A stretch of 62,961 bases of DNA, filler included, from an uncultured bacterium (lineage in GTDB: Bacteria > B130-G9), in NCBI GenBank assembly GCA_965372715.1. It is 7 parts of 7 records of this genome, joined end to end, with 100 filler letters (N's around TTAATTAATTAA, not from the genome) between each part and the next. Parts side by side here need not be neighbours in the genome. Positions count along the whole stretch, not along the records: positions 1 to 10,816 come from CBDVDH010000082.1; positions 10,917 to 21,209 come from CBDVDH010000083.1; 5 more parts are not named here. One strand, written 5' to 3'. Of the stretch, positions 10,030 to 20,072 are shown one piece after another. Under the pieces are notes generated by a model that was not told where the DNA came from, made no database searches, and worked only from the letters and a program-made list of their open reading frames with translations. The position numbers and the translations under genes are program-made. Positions within the stretch are counted from its first letter, which is position 1. Each line of letters starts with the position of its first letter.

Positions 10030-10207
10030 TCCCGTATTATTCATAAACTCGCGATGCCATGAGGTGTGGGGCGGGCTTTCCAGCCCGCCTTTTGTAGCGA
10101 TTGCCGCATTCCTTGGACGCGACACTCTGTCACGCGAGACCCTGTCTTTGGCAGGCTGGAAAGCCAACCCCACACCGACGAGAGTCATGCCCTTGAATTA
10201 TTCGGGT
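10030..10207 (+). mobile_element. 178-bp MITE (family C), copy 1
   Basis: Imperfect TIRs (TCCCGTATTATTCA / TGAATTATTCGGGT), TA on both flanks, internal inverted GTGGGGCGGGCTTTCCAGCCCGCC pair. Homologous copies at 33611, 45319 and 62910. Confidence 0.8.
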
Positions 10208-10217
10208 TAGGGCAGAT

Positions 10218-10381
10218 GCCGCGTCAGGCCGCGGCAAGTGAAAGCGGTGCCAGGTCACCGCACTCCAAACCACCCAACGGGTGCAAGACGCATCACTACT
10301 GTATGCAACAAGATCAGCCTTGTGAATGGCTGAAGCGAGTTCAAGACACGATGTCAGCGACCATCAATCTGATTCTTCGGG
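10218..10381 (+). repeat. Right part of MITE-like family E
   Basis: Aligns by eye with ~51791-51953 (CCGCGTCAGGCCGCGGCAAGTGAAAGCGGTGCC...TCAATCTGATT) and partly with 60558-60628. Confidence 0.65.
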
Positions 10382-10816
10382 TTGGAGGAGTTTCCCCATT
10401 GGGGAAACGGGAGAAAAGGAAAAAGGCAAAAAAGGAGAAGAGGGACTGGTCTGCCCTAGTGTAAAGGCTCCAAATCCCCCCTCACGAACGCGGGGCGGCC
10501 TGTCGCGCGGGCCTTCTGCCAGACAGACGTATTCCACTTCCCAAGGGTCCTGAACATGGCTATGCAGGAACTCACTCAAGGATTTGAACCTCGGATTTGG
10601 GGAAACTCCTGTGATTGGGGAGGGGTTTCCGCAACACGGAAATGGTAGAAAAGGACAAAGGGGCAATCCACCTTTGTTCGCCGCGTCGCGAAGCCAACTT
10701 GGCTGAATATGTGCTTAGTGCGCACTTTCTTCGAGGCGCAACCGGTATAGCGTACTCTCACGGCATCAGCTTTCCGTTCTTTTCTCACCACAGAGACACA
10801 GAGACACAGAGACACA

Positions 10817-10916
10817 NNNNNNNNNNNNNNNNNNNNNNNNNNNNNNNNNNNNNNNNNNNNTTAATTAATTAANNNNNNNNNNNNNNNNNNNNNNNNNNNN
10901 NNNNNNNNNNNNNNNN
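10817..10916. other. Artificial contig linker
   Basis: N44-TTAATTAATTAA-N44, with stops in all six frames. Confidence 0.99.
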
Positions 10917-10924
10917 GAACGCGT

Positions 10925-10951
10925 GAAGGGCGGGGCAAGCACCGCCCCTAC
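10925..10951 (-). repeat. REP-like palindrome, family A
   Basis: Identical to 28-54. Confidence 0.85.
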
Positions 10952-10976
10952 AAGACATATTATCCATGCCAAAAGC

Positions 10977-11570
10977 TCATTTGGGAGGGCTCTCCTCTGG
11001 AACCTTCTTCAGCCACTCGCTCTCAAAGGCGGAAAGGACCTCGGCGCTCGCGTCGGTCAAACCACTTGCGTAAAGCATACCCGGCGGCGAATCGATCAAG
11101 ACAAGGTCGTAGCCTTTTTTCTTCGCAACGCGTTCTATGACCGACTTGATCTCCTGCGTCAGGGCCGCCATCATCGTCTCCTGGCTGCGCTCCAGCTGCT
11201 TCTCAGTGTCCTCCACCAAGAACTTCAGCTCCAGTTTCCCCTTCTCGAACCTCCTGCGCCTTTCCCTTCTCTCCGCGTCGCTCAAGGCCATGAACTCGGG
11301 AGACGACAACTCCTTCTCAAGCCGCTGCAAATGCCCCGTCTTCGACTCGACCTTCGCCCTGGCCTCCGTGACCTGGTCTCTGAATCTGACCTGCACCGCC
11401 TTACCAGGCAGGCTGTCCATCAAGATGGCCTTAAGGTCGATTGTCACAATGGTCTGCTGACTAGTGGAAGCCGGCGCGTCGGCATTTGAGGCGCCCGGCG
11501 CGAATATAACGCCCAGGGCCAGAGCCGAGCCGAGCGCGAATGTGATTACGGTGCCGATGACTGCTGTCAT
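10977..11570 (-). CDS. skp: OmpH/Skp family periplasmic chaperone (second copy)
   Basis: Signal peptide, IVTIDLKAILMDS, helical coiled coil, VAKKKGYDLVL. Downstream of bamA. Confidence 0.85.
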   Translation of the reverse strand: MTAVIGTVITFALGSALALGVIFAPGASNADAPASTSQQTIVTIDLKAILMDSLPGKAVQVRFRDQVTEARAKVESKTGHLQRLEKELSSPEFMALSDAERRERRRRFEKGKLELKFLVEDTEKQLERSQETMMAALTQEIKSVIERVAKKKGYDLVLIDSPPGMLYASGLTDASAEVLSAFESEWLKKVPEESPPK

Positions 11571-12127
11571 TTCGTGGTCTGGCCCTCGGTCTTTTCGGTT
11601 TTTCGGTCGATTCTTTTGATCATCTCGTCCGTGAGGTCGAACTCTGGGTTGCCATAGAGAACAACTCCCAACCGTTCAAGAATGATTGAATATCCCAGGT
11701 CCCTTGCCATCTCGCCCGCCGTGGCCTCCACGAGTTTATGGATCTTCTTGGCGTTTTCTCGGTTCAAGACGTCCGCATCGTCGTACGCCTCCGATATGAA
11801 GATATCGAGTTCGGCCTTTTTTGTGCGCTGTTGGCGCTTGAGCTTCTCCCGGGCCTCATTGGTTAGGGGGAGGGCCTCGTTTGCGATTTTCTCGCCGAGC
11901 TCCCTAAGTTCTTGCTCCTTGCGGTCGATGTCGCCCTGCTTCTTCTCCTGAAGTTCCTTCAACTGCTGATGTGCACGCTTCCCTATTTGGGTCTCGGTTA
12001 GAACTCTTTGCTGCTCGACGAAACCGACCTTAACGCCTGTCGTTATCTGCGTTGTTCCGAGGCTGAGCGATGCGGCTAGCAGCGCAATGGTTGTCGCAGC
12101 GATGATTCCTGCCAGAATGCTCTTCAT
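11567..12127 (-). CDS. skp: OmpH/Skp family periplasmic chaperone
   Basis: Signal peptide, KVGFVEQQRVL, GYSIIL and DLTDEMIK motifs. GGAGG RBS. Confidence 0.9.
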   Translation of the reverse strand: MKSILAGIIAATTIALLAASLSLGTTQITTGVKVGFVEQQRVLTETQIGKRAHQQLKELQEKKQGDIDRKEQELRELGEKIANEALPLTNEAREKLKRQQRTKKAELDIFISEAYDDADVLNRENAKKIHKLVEATAGEMARDLGYSIILERLGVVLYGNPEFDLTDEMIKRIDRKTEKTEGQTTK

Positions 12128-12156
12128 GACGTATTAAACCTCCCCAAATCTTATTA

Positions 12157-14622
12157 TCAGTTTCCTATTCCTATCGCGAAATCGAAACTAGACCTTTCTT
12201 CGCCTTTAAATGGCTTACGCTTAATACCATACACCAGCCGTATTGGATATACAAACATCGGCACGAATATCTTGAGCTCCAGCCCGTAGCTGGTTCTGAG
12301 CTGCTCGAGGTCATAAGCCTCCCCCCCAGGGAATACCTGTCCCGCGTCCCAGAAAACGCCAACGTGCAACGGATCAGCCAGAATATAGAAGAGCTCCGTC
12401 GTGAAGAGCAGCGACTTGTTACCCCCAACCGAGTTGCCGTATTTGTCCTTTGGGCCTATCTCGTAGGTGTCGAAACCACGCCCGCCGAGCATCGCGCCGC
12501 CCAAATAGTATCTCTCAAACATCGGCAGGTCGTCGCCGTTATAGCCATTCCCGTATTGAACTCGCCCCTTGGTCGTGAACGTGAGACGGTCCATGAGGGG
12601 GTAATGGTGAGCAACTTCGGCCTTCAGTTTGTAGAAATCGTTGTCGCCACCTAAGAAGGCGCCGGCGAATTGACCCGTCGCGGACGCGTAAACACCGCGC
12701 GTGGGCTTTATCCAATTATCCCTCGAATCCCAACGGATCGAGACCGTGTCACTGCTCGTCAAGCTCGTCTCCGCCTCGTATGATATGTCGCTCTCAAGCG
12801 GCGCTAAACGGTCGCTAGAGTCAACGTCAGGGCTCCAGTGTATGTCTCTGTCGTTGCTTCGGTATTCGCCCAGGCCGATGTCGGAGATACGGACATTTTC
12901 GAGACGATAGGTGCTCGAGATGCGAATGTGGTCCGTGAGCCGTTTGCCAAACGTCAGCCGACCACCCGCCGACTCCCTCGTGTACCACTGGTATTCGGTC
13001 TCGTGATCGTATATTCCTACGCCAAACGAGTAATTGGTGTCCAGGAAATATGGCTCATCGAAGTTGATCTCATACGTCTTGGTCTTGTCGCTGATATGCG
13101 CCGTCACGCCAAAAGTCTGGCCGTAGCCCAGAGAATTGTGCTCGACGATGCTGCCGCCAATACCGAACTTCTGATACTCGCTGTAGCTCGCTGTGAGGCG
13201 GAACTCATGTAGCCGTCCCTCTTTAATACCGATGTTCACGTCCGCCGTCTTCTTCTCGTGGTCTGCGTCGAGATCAGGCTCAATCTCCGGCTGGATGTAC
13301 CCGAGGTAGCGGATCTTGTCGATGCCAGCACGGAGTTCTGTCATGTCCAGAATGTCCCCCTCTGCGAGGTTGACCTCGCGCCTCAGCACCTTGTCGCGTG
13401 TGCGTGTATTGCCCGTGAACGACAGTCGCCCAAGCCTGTACTGCTCGCCCTCATCAATCGAAATCAGGATATCAACAGTGGCAGCCTCCTTGTGCAGTTC
13501 GTGCGTTACCCGAACCTGCGCATAGATATATCCTCGACTGGCGTAGAGCTCGCGAATCGCCGCCACCGCTGTCTCCTGCACTGCCAGGCTGTAGTCGGCG
13601 CCCGCGACGAGCTTTCCCTGGGAGCCTCTGAATATGCCGAACCTCATCCGACCCGGTATCGCGACGTGCCGGAGACCTTCCATCAGAGTATCGGTGGAAA
13701 AGACAGTGTTGCCCTCAATCGATGTCTTTGCGATTTTGTAGGGCTTGCCCTCAAAGATCGTGAACTTAATGACGAGGCCCTCACGCTCCTCGTTGTATTC
13801 GACCTCGGGGTCCGCGACTTTCACCTCCAGAAAGCCGTTGCTCTTATAGAAATGCGCAAGCCGCGATCGATCGCGCTCAAGCTCCTGGGCGTCCAACTTG
13901 CCGAGCTTGGTGAAAAAGAAACGCGCCCCGCTGACGGGGTGCTTGGTGAAGCGCTCCCTTGTCATCAAGGCGCCCTTGAGCTTGAAGCTCGAGAAGGCGA
14001 GGTTGCCCGCGAAGGTTATGTCGGAGACCTTCACCTTTGCCCGCTCGTCAATCGAGAAGACGACAATCACCGATTCGGGAGAGATTTTGTGCACATCGGG
14101 GGTTATCTTGGCATGTGAAAACCCTCTCTCGAGATAGAGCCTCTTGATTGCTACCGTGCTCTCAGCGAGCTTGTACTTGTCCAGCGGCTTCTTGAGCTCG
14201 ATAGTTATTTCGTCCCTTATCTTGTCGGGTTTGACCTCTTTGCTGCCCTCGATCCTTATCCCATCGACCAGAGGCCTTTCAGCTAGGACAAAGATCAGGA
14301 TTATCCCGTCTTCGTGAGGCTCAGTGTAGGCCCTGACGTCCTCGAAGAAGCCCAGCGCGTAAAGCTCGCGTATCTGCTGCGTCACGGCCGCTTTCGAGAG
14401 TATGTCTCCTGGCTTTATATCGACGTAGAAAAGGACTGTTTCTACGGACAGCCTCGAGGTTCCCTCGACCTCGACAGCCTTGATGACCGGGGCCGACGTT
14501 TCGGCGCAGGAATCAGAAACAAACAAGCAACAGGTCAGTGCAAGGGCCGCGGCAAGAAAACTAGTCCATCCCCATCCGAACGGGCTCTTAGTTGCCGCTA
14601 TCCACGCCAACTTCGGTCTCAA
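12157..14622 (-). CDS. bamA: Outer membrane protein assembly factor BamA
   Basis: Repeated POTRA domains (ELYALGFFEDV, GNTRTRDKVLRRE), barrel strands, loop-6 GRGF motif. Next to skp. Confidence 0.93.
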   Translation of the reverse strand: MRPKLAWIAATKSPFGWGWTSFLAAALALTCCLFVSDSCAETSAPVIKAVEVEGTSRLSVETVLFYVDIKPGDILSKAAVTQQIRELYALGFFEDVRAYTEPHEDGIILIFVLAERPLVDGIRIEGSKEVKPDKIRDEITIELKKPLDKYKLAESTVAIKRLYLERGFSHAKITPDVHKISPESVIVVFSIDERAKVKVSDITFAGNLAFSSFKLKGALMTRERFTKHPVSGARFFFTKLGKLDAQELERDRSRLAHFYKSNGFLEVKVADPEVEYNEEREGLVIKFTIFEGKPYKIAKTSIEGNTVFSTDTLMEGLRHVAIPGRMRFGIFRGSQGKLVAGADYSLAVQETAVAAIRELYASRGYIYAQVRVTHELHKEAATVDILISIDEGEQYRLGRLSFTGNTRTRDKVLRREVNLAEGDILDMTELRAGIDKIRYLGYIQPEIEPDLDADHEKKTADVNIGIKEGRLHEFRLTASYSEYQKFGIGGSIVEHNSLGYGQTFGVTAHISDKTKTYEINFDEPYFLDTNYSFGVGIYDHETEYQWYTRESAGGRLTFGKRLTDHIRISSTYRLENVRISDIGLGEYRSNDRDIHWSPDVDSSDRLAPLESDISYEAETSLTSSDTVSIRWDSRDNWIKPTRGVYASATGQFAGAFLGGDNDFYKLKAEVAHHYPLMDRLTFTTKGRVQYGNGYNGDDLPMFERYYLGGAMLGGRGFDTYEIGPKDKYGNSVGGNKSLLFTTELFYILADPLHVGVFWDAGQVFPGGEAYDLEQLRTSYGLELKIFVPMFVYPIRLVYGIKRKPFKGEERSSFDFAIGIGN

Positions 14623-17044
14623 CTACGCTCCGGGTTCTGCCGCGTCCAAACGCAATCTTGTCGTCTTGGACTGTTACTGTAACAAGCGTGCCGGTCTTTA
14701 TGCTGCCTGAAATGAACTCATCCGCCACGGGGTCCTCAACGTGCTTTTGCACGAGCCGTCGAAGCGGCCTTGCGCCGCCCTTTTGGGTCATTGCCCGCAT
14801 AACCAGCCATTCAAGCGCATCATTGTCGGCCTTAATGTGCAGTCCCACTCTAGAGATGTTCTTGTCGATCTCCTCAATGAAGAGTGAGGCTATCTGTAAC
14901 AGGGCGGGCTTATCGAGCTCGTTGAAGCACAGGACCTCGTCGAGGCGATTCATGAACTCGGGCGCGAACTTCTGTGCCGTTTCCCTGATGAGCGCATCTC
15001 TGATCTTCGCATGTCGCTTATCAGAGGAGCTCTCGCCAAAACCCACCGACACCCCCTTGCTTATCATCTTACTCCCGATATTGGAGGTCATAATGAGGAT
15101 GCAGTTTCTGAAATCAACGAGGCGCCCCATCCCGTCCGTCAGTCTCCCTTCTTCCAGCACCTGGAGCAGGATATTGAAGACGTCCGGATGCGCCTTTTCC
15201 ACCTCATCCAAGAGCAACACACTGTATGGGCGCAGCCTAATCTTCTCAGTCAACTGGCCGCCCTCGCCATAGCCAACGTAGCCCGGCGGGGAGCCGATGA
15301 GTCTGGAGACAGTATGCTTCTCCATGAACTCCGACATGTCCAGGCGGATCAGCGCGTCGGGACTGTGGAAAACCTCTTCTGCAAGCGCCTCTGCAAGCTT
15401 GGTCTTGCCAACACCGGTCGGGCCCAGGAACAAGAACGCCCCAATCGTCCTGTCCGGGCTCTTAAAGCCAGCTCGTGAGCGCCTGACAGCCCGGCATACA
15501 GCGGCAATCGCCTCGGCCTGGCCGACCACGAGTTTACGCAGGTTCTGTTCAATCGATTTGTATTTTGCCGCCTCGGTTAGGCTCAGTTTTGTGACCGGGA
15601 CCCCTGTCCAGCGAGACACCACAAACTCAATGTCAGAGCAGTCAACTTTCATCCGTACGTTCTTCAAGCTGGAGCGCCAGCGTGATCGCTCCCTTGAGAT
15701 GCACTCGGAGACCTCCGCTCCCTTGTCCCTGAGCTCGGCAGCCCGTTCAAAGTCCTGTTTGTTGACCAGCTCGGCCTTGCGCTTCGTAATGCTCGCGAAC
15801 TGGGATTCAAGCTCGCGTATCTCGTCCGGGACCGAGGCGCCCATGAAGCGTTTTCTGGCGCACGCCTCGTCCATCACGTCGATCGCCTTGTCCGGGAGGA
15901 ACCGGTCGCAGATATACTGGTCGGAAAGAACCACGGCTGCGTCGATTGCGCAATCGCTTATTATTACGTTGTGGTAGTCCTCGTATTTCGACCTGAGGCC
16001 CTTGAGTATCGACTTGGCCTCCTTCACAGAAGGCGCGTCAACGACTATCGTCTGAAACCTGCGCTCCAGGGCGCCGTCCTTGCTTATTATCCGGCGATAC
16101 TCCTTTGCGGTCGTGGCGCCGATGCACTGGATTTCCCCTCTGGCCAGGGCGGGCTTCAGCATGTTAGCAGCGTCAATGGAGCCTTCGGCGGAGCCGGCGC
16201 CGACCAGCGTGTGGAGCTCGTCAACGAAGAGAATGATCTTCTTTGTGCTTGTGATCTCGCGAAGGACTGTCTTGAGCCTCTCCTCGAACTGACCGCGATA
16301 CTTGGTTCCGGCAACCAAGGCGCCGACGTCGAGGGCCACTATCCGCTTTCCGCGCAACCTCTCAGGGACCTCGCCCTTGACCAGAAGTTGAGCCAGTCCT
16401 TCCGCAATCGCAGTCTTACCGACGCCTGGTTCACCTATCAGAACAGGATTGTTCTTCGTCCGTCGGCACAGTATCTGCATAGCTCGCTCGATCTCTTTTG
16501 TTCGACCGATTACCGGGTCGAGATTGCCTTCGGCGCCCAGTTGCGTGAGATCGCGACCTATCTCATCAAGCGCTGGGGAACCGGATTTGCCCGGCGGAAC
16601 GTGCTCCATTGTCGTAGTCTCGAGGATACGACGCTTGACCATGAGCAGATTCACCCCCATCTCGTGCAGAACATCCGAAGCGAGACCGCTTCGCTCCCGA
16701 ATAAGCCCTAGCAAAAGATGCTCCGTTCCCACGTAGCGATGATTCATCGATTTCGCCTCGTTGGCGGAATACCTGAGAACGCGCCTGGCGCTAACGCTGA
16801 ACGGGATCTCATCAGTTGGTGGGGAGGTGCCTCCGGCGGTCATCCTGAGTGAGAGTTTTGCGCGGACAGCTCGCAGGTCCATGCCGCACTCCCTCAGAAC
16901 GGCACAACCCGTGTTGTCGGAGTCCTTCAAAAGACCCAATAGGATATGCTCCGTCCTCAAAGAGGGGTGACCGCAGCGCAGCGCTTCTTTCTTGGCGTAA
17001 TAGACGGTCTTCTTGGCGCCATCAGTATATCTGTCACTAAACAT
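14588..17044 (-). CDS. clpC: ATP-dependent Clp protease ATP-binding subunit ClpC
   Basis: Clp-N repeats ([16 protein letters not shown]), two AAA modules ([16 protein letters not shown]), UVR-like middle domain. Start placed at ATG 17044 behind AGGA. Confidence 0.93.
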   Translation of the reverse strand: MFSDRYTDGAKKTVYYAKKEALRCGHPSLRTEHILLGLLKDSDNTGCAVLRECGMDLRAVRAKLSLRMTAGGTSPPTDEIPFSVSARRVLRYSANEAKSMNHRYVGTEHLLLGLIRERSGLASDVLHEMGVNLLMVKRRILETTTMEHVPPGKSGSPALDEIGRDLTQLGAEGNLDPVIGRTKEIERAMQILCRRTKNNPVLIGEPGVGKTAIAEGLAQLLVKGEVPERLRGKRIVALDVGALVAGTKYRGQFEERLKTVLREITSTKKIILFVDELHTLVGAGSAEGSIDAANMLKPALARGEIQCIGATTAKEYRRIISKDGALERRFQTIVVDAPSVKEAKSILKGLRSKYEDYHNVIISDCAIDAAVVLSDQYICDRFLPDKAIDVMDEACARKRFMGASVPDEIRELESQFASITKRKAELVNKQDFERAAELRDKGAEVSECISRERSRWRSSLKNVRMKVDCSDIEFVVSRWTGVPVTKLSLTEAAKYKSIEQNLRKLVVGQAEAIAAVCRAVRRSRAGFKSPDRTIGAFLFLGPTGVGKTKLAEALAEEVFHSPDALIRLDMSEFMEKHTVSRLIGSPPGYVGYGEGGQLTEKIRLRPYSVLLLDEVEKAHPDVFNILLQVLEEGRLTDGMGRLVDFRNCILIMTSNIGSKMISKGVSVGFGESSSDKRHAKIRDALIRETAQKFAPEFMNRLDEVLCFNELDKPALLQIASLFIEEIDKNISRVGLHIKADNDALEWLVMRAMTQKGGARPLRRLVQKHVEDPVADEFISGSIKTGTLVTVTVQDDKIAFGRGRTRSVVETEVGVDSGN

Positions 17045-17207
17045 ATCAAATCCTACAAGATGCGTGGCTTCTGACCTGTGCTTTCGCACGAGGCTACTTC
17101 GCCACCGTTGTCACCAGGCAAGGCAACTGCGAATAAAGAGGACATTCGCCTCTGCTTCGCAAATGCGCCTAGTCCATATTTGAACATAGCCAAGACCGCC
17201 AAGAATA

Positions 17208-17894
17208 TCAAGTTGCCTCGCAAACATACACGCCATCTGTTAGCCGGAGCACCTGATCGGCGTGTGACGCGAGTTCCTCGTTGTGCGTAACAACAACGAG
17301 AGTCTTGCCTTTCTTGATGGTCAGGTCCAAAAGCAGCGAGAACACACGCCGGCCTGTCTCTCGATCGAGGTTGCCGGTCGGCTCGTCCGCCAGGATGATT
17401 TCGGGTTCCCCGACCAGTGCCCTTGCGACGGCAACACGCTGCTGTTCGCCGAAAGAAAGCTCCGCCGGCCTGTGCGAACTGCGCCGTTCAAGCCCCACTC
17501 CTTCCAAGAGCGACAACGACCGAAGCCGCGCCTTTTTGGGGCTTGTGCGCCTGATCATCAGCGGTATCGAGACGTTCTCGACCGCGCTGAACTCCGGCAG
17601 CAGGTAGTGGAACTGGAATACGAACCCTATCCGCTCGTTCCTGAAGTGTGAGAGCTCAGCTCTTGACGCCTTAAACACATCCTTGCCGTCGAAGATCACC
17701 TTGCCGGACGTCGGTCTGAGCAGTGTGCCAATCACGTGAAGAAGCGTCGTCTTGCCGGCGCCTGAAGAGCCAATCACGCAGACGAACTGCCCCTTTGTTA
17801 TCGAAAAGGACACTGATTTTAGCACCTCTATGACCGTGTCCCCTCGGACGAAATGCTTGCATAGGTTCTCAATGACCAGGAGGCTGCTATTCAT
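17208..17894 (-). CDS. lolD: Lipoprotein-releasing ABC transporter ATP-binding protein LolD
   Basis: GSSGAGKT, GFVFQFHYLL, LSFGEQQRVAVARAL, ADEPTGNLD. Follows the lolC/E gene. Confidence 0.9.
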   Translation of the reverse strand: MNSSLLVIENLCKHFVRGDTVIEVLKSVSFSITKGQFVCVIGSSGAGKTTLLHVIGTLLRPTSGKVIFDGKDVFKASRAELSHFRNERIGFVFQFHYLLPEFSAVENVSIPLMIRRTSPKKARLRSLSLLEGVGLERRSSHRPAELSFGEQQRVAVARALVGEPEIILADEPTGNLDRETGRRVFSLLLDLTIKKGKTLVVVTHNEELASHADQVLRLTDGVYVCEAT

Positions 17895-17950
17895 ACTTGA
17901 CTACCTCCAGCGCGCCGAAACACCCAACTTGGAACTTGAAACTTGGAACA

Positions 17951-19219
17951 CTATTCATATCTGATCGCCTCCACCGGATCGAGGCGGGCCGCCTGCCGGG
18001 AAGGATAGAGCGTTGCCACGAAGCTCAACAGGATAGAGCCGACGCAGATGAGGACAAAATCCAAAAGGGTCATCTTGAAAGGTAGATAGCTCAAGTAATA
18101 GACGTCGCCGCTCAGCTTTATCAGCTGGTGTTTGTCGGCCAGAAAGCAAGCCACGGAGCCGACCAGCGCGCCAATCACGGTCCCGACTACACCGATCAAC
18201 GTGCCCTCTATCATGAATATCCCCATGACGCTTCGGTTGGTTGCGCCCATCGACTTGAGTATGCCGATATCCTTATTCCTCTCCATCACCATCATTATGA
18301 GCGTGCTGGCGATATTGAACGCGGCCACGAGGACGATGAGCGCGAGGATGATGAACATGGCGATCTTTTCGAGCTTCATCGCGGCGAAGAGGTTCTTGTT
18401 CATCTCCTGCCAGTCTGCCGCTTTGTAGGGCGGCCCGAGAACCTGGGCGACTTTTTCTGCCACGCTCTTGGCTTTGTAGATGTCGTCAGTTTTGACTTCG
18501 TAGCCGTTGATCTCGTCCCCCATGTCGAAAAAATCCTGCGCTGCGACGAGCGAGACATAGGCCAGGCTTGAGTCGAACTCATACATCCCGGACCCAAAAA
18601 TCCCCGCGACCACCATCCACCTGAGTTTTGGGACTAGGCCAGTCGGCGTCTGCCTCCCAAAAGGTGAGATAACGGCCACCTTGTCTCCGAGATACAGGCC
18701 CAGATTGCTCGCCATCTCTTGACCGATGATGATCCCGTCGTATTTGCCGTCGGTCTCGTCTTCGGGCTTGAAATCACGTCGCGAAAGGGAAGCCAGCTTG
18801 CCCTCCATCATGTTCTTCTGAAGATCGCTGACCGAGACCTCAAGCCTGGGGTCAACGCCTCTAATCGCTATCCCTTGCGTCCTGTATGGCGAACGGACCA
18901 TGACCTGTCCGAAAACGAATGGCGAAACTCCGGCAACGCCATCGACCGCTCTTATTTTCTGCATCACCTCAGCCGAGAGAAGTATGTTCGGAGCGTCGCT
19001 GAATGGCTGTCTAGTCACGAGGATGTGCGCCCGTATGCCCAATATCTTCTCTCGAAGGTCCTGTTCAAAGCCCGTCATCACCGCCAAGACTATGATCAGC
19101 GCGGCGACGCCCAGTGCGATGCCGCCCACGGAGATAACAGTGATGATCGATATGAAAGCTTGTTTTCGCCTGGCCCGGAGAAGCCGAAGCGCGAATGCCA
19201 GTTCAAAGGACCTTACCAT
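17951..19219 (-). CDS. lolC: Lipoprotein-releasing ABC transporter permease LolC/E
   Basis: GIALGVAALIIVLAVMTGF, VAAFNIASTL, DIGILKSMGA and ATLYPS..AARLDPVEAIRYE motifs. Confidence 0.92.
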   Translation of the reverse strand: MVRSFELAFALRLLRARRKQAFISIITVISVGGIALGVAALIIVLAVMTGFEQDLREKILGIRAHILVTRQPFSDAPNILLSAEVMQKIRAVDGVAGVSPFVFGQVMVRSPYRTQGIAIRGVDPRLEVSVSDLQKNMMEGKLASLSRRDFKPEDETDGKYDGIIIGQEMASNLGLYLGDKVAVISPFGRQTPTGLVPKLRWMVVAGIFGSGMYEFDSSLAYVSLVAAQDFFDMGDEINGYEVKTDDIYKAKSVAEKVAQVLGPPYKAADWQEMNKNLFAAMKLEKIAMFIILALIVLVAAFNIASTLIMMVMERNKDIGILKSMGATNRSVMGIFMIEGTLIGVVGTVIGALVGSVACFLADKHQLIKLSGDVYYLSYLPFKMTLLDFVLICVGSILLSFVATLYPSRQAARLDPVEAIRYE

Positions 19220-19248
19220 GTGTCTCTTGTTTCCCGGTGATTTCTAAC

Positions 19249-20070
19249 CTATTTGGCCCGGTCCAGGAGCTTCTCAAGCTCCACCATGCTGCGCCGCGCA
19301 TTTGACTCCTGGTGCCCCTCAATCGTCAGCGCAAGCTTCTCCCAGAGGTTCGGGAGGTTATCGAAAAGCGCTTTGAAATCGGCCGTGCCGTCACCGATTG
19401 CTAGGTGTTGGTCGCATTTCCCGTTGTTGTCGTGCAGGTGCAGCTCCAAGAGGCGTCCCTTTACGCTTTCCAACCACACCAGAAGGTCGCAGCGCCCAAA
19501 AACGTTGAAGTGGCCGATGTCGAAGCAGTGGCCGAATAGGCTCGGGTCCAGGTTTTCGACGAGGCGGCATAGCGGCTCAGGGCTGTCCTCAAGCGTGTTC
19601 TCCAGAGCCAGCACAACGCCCTTTTGATGCGCCTCGCGACCCACATGGTCCCAGAATCTCGTGCTGTTTTCGAGCCAAGTGTCGAACATCTCGCCGTATT
19701 TGAAACGGTCAAAAGCGGCATGCACAACCATCGTTCCAGCTCCGAGAAAGGAAGCGACATCTAGTGCCTTTAGAATCCGCCTTTTGGTGACGCTCGTGAT
19801 CTCTGGGTCCGTTCCGCCGGGGCTGAGCTCCATATATGGGCCGTGCATGGTGCGTGACAGGCCCGTCTCGGCAAGAGATGTCCTAATCTGGCCAAGCTCC
19901 AGATTGTCCAGATTGTCCAGGTCCTGGCAGTTCAGATAAAGCTCCGGGTTCAACCCATCGCGAAGCACAATCGGCATGTATTTGTCCCTGTCCGCAAACG
20001 GGACGTGGACGAAAACGTTGGCCCGTCGGCTGCCCATCTGATCGGTCGCGCCCGAGATCGAATCTCTCAT
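19249..20070 (-). CDS. Sugar-phosphate isomerase/epimerase (xylose isomerase-like TIM barrel)
   Basis: MHGP, LALEN, CFDIGH, ELHLHDN, DQHLAIGDG and TIE motifs. Start codon uncertain. Confidence 0.85.
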   Translation of the reverse strand: MRDSISGATDQMGSRRANVFVHVPFADRDKYMPIVLRDGLNPELYLNCQDLDNLDNLELGQIRTSLAETGLSRTMHGPYMELSPGGTDPEITSVTKRRILKALDVASFLGAGTMVVHAAFDRFKYGEMFDTWLENSTRFWDHVGREAHQKGVVLALENTLEDSPEPLCRLVENLDPSLFGHCFDIGHFNVFGRCDLLVWLESVKGRLLELHLHDNNGKCDQHLAIGDGTADFKALFDNLPNLWEKLALTIEGHQESNARRSMVELEKLLDRAK

Positions 20071-20072
20071 CC

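Noticed and set aside
10066-10464. ORFs starting MGRAFQPA (also 45355-45735)
   Set aside because: They are translations of MITE C, not supported as genes.
10577-10593. tRNA T-arm-like CGAGGTTCAAATCCTTG on the minus strand
   Set aside because: No acceptor stem, D-arm or anticodon arm could be built around it.
12364-16736. Long + strand ORFs antisense to bamA/clpC (similarly 41425-42540 opposite nrdD and 37813-38517 opposite ugd)
   Set aside because: Shadow ORFs of GC-rich genes with no recognisable motifs.
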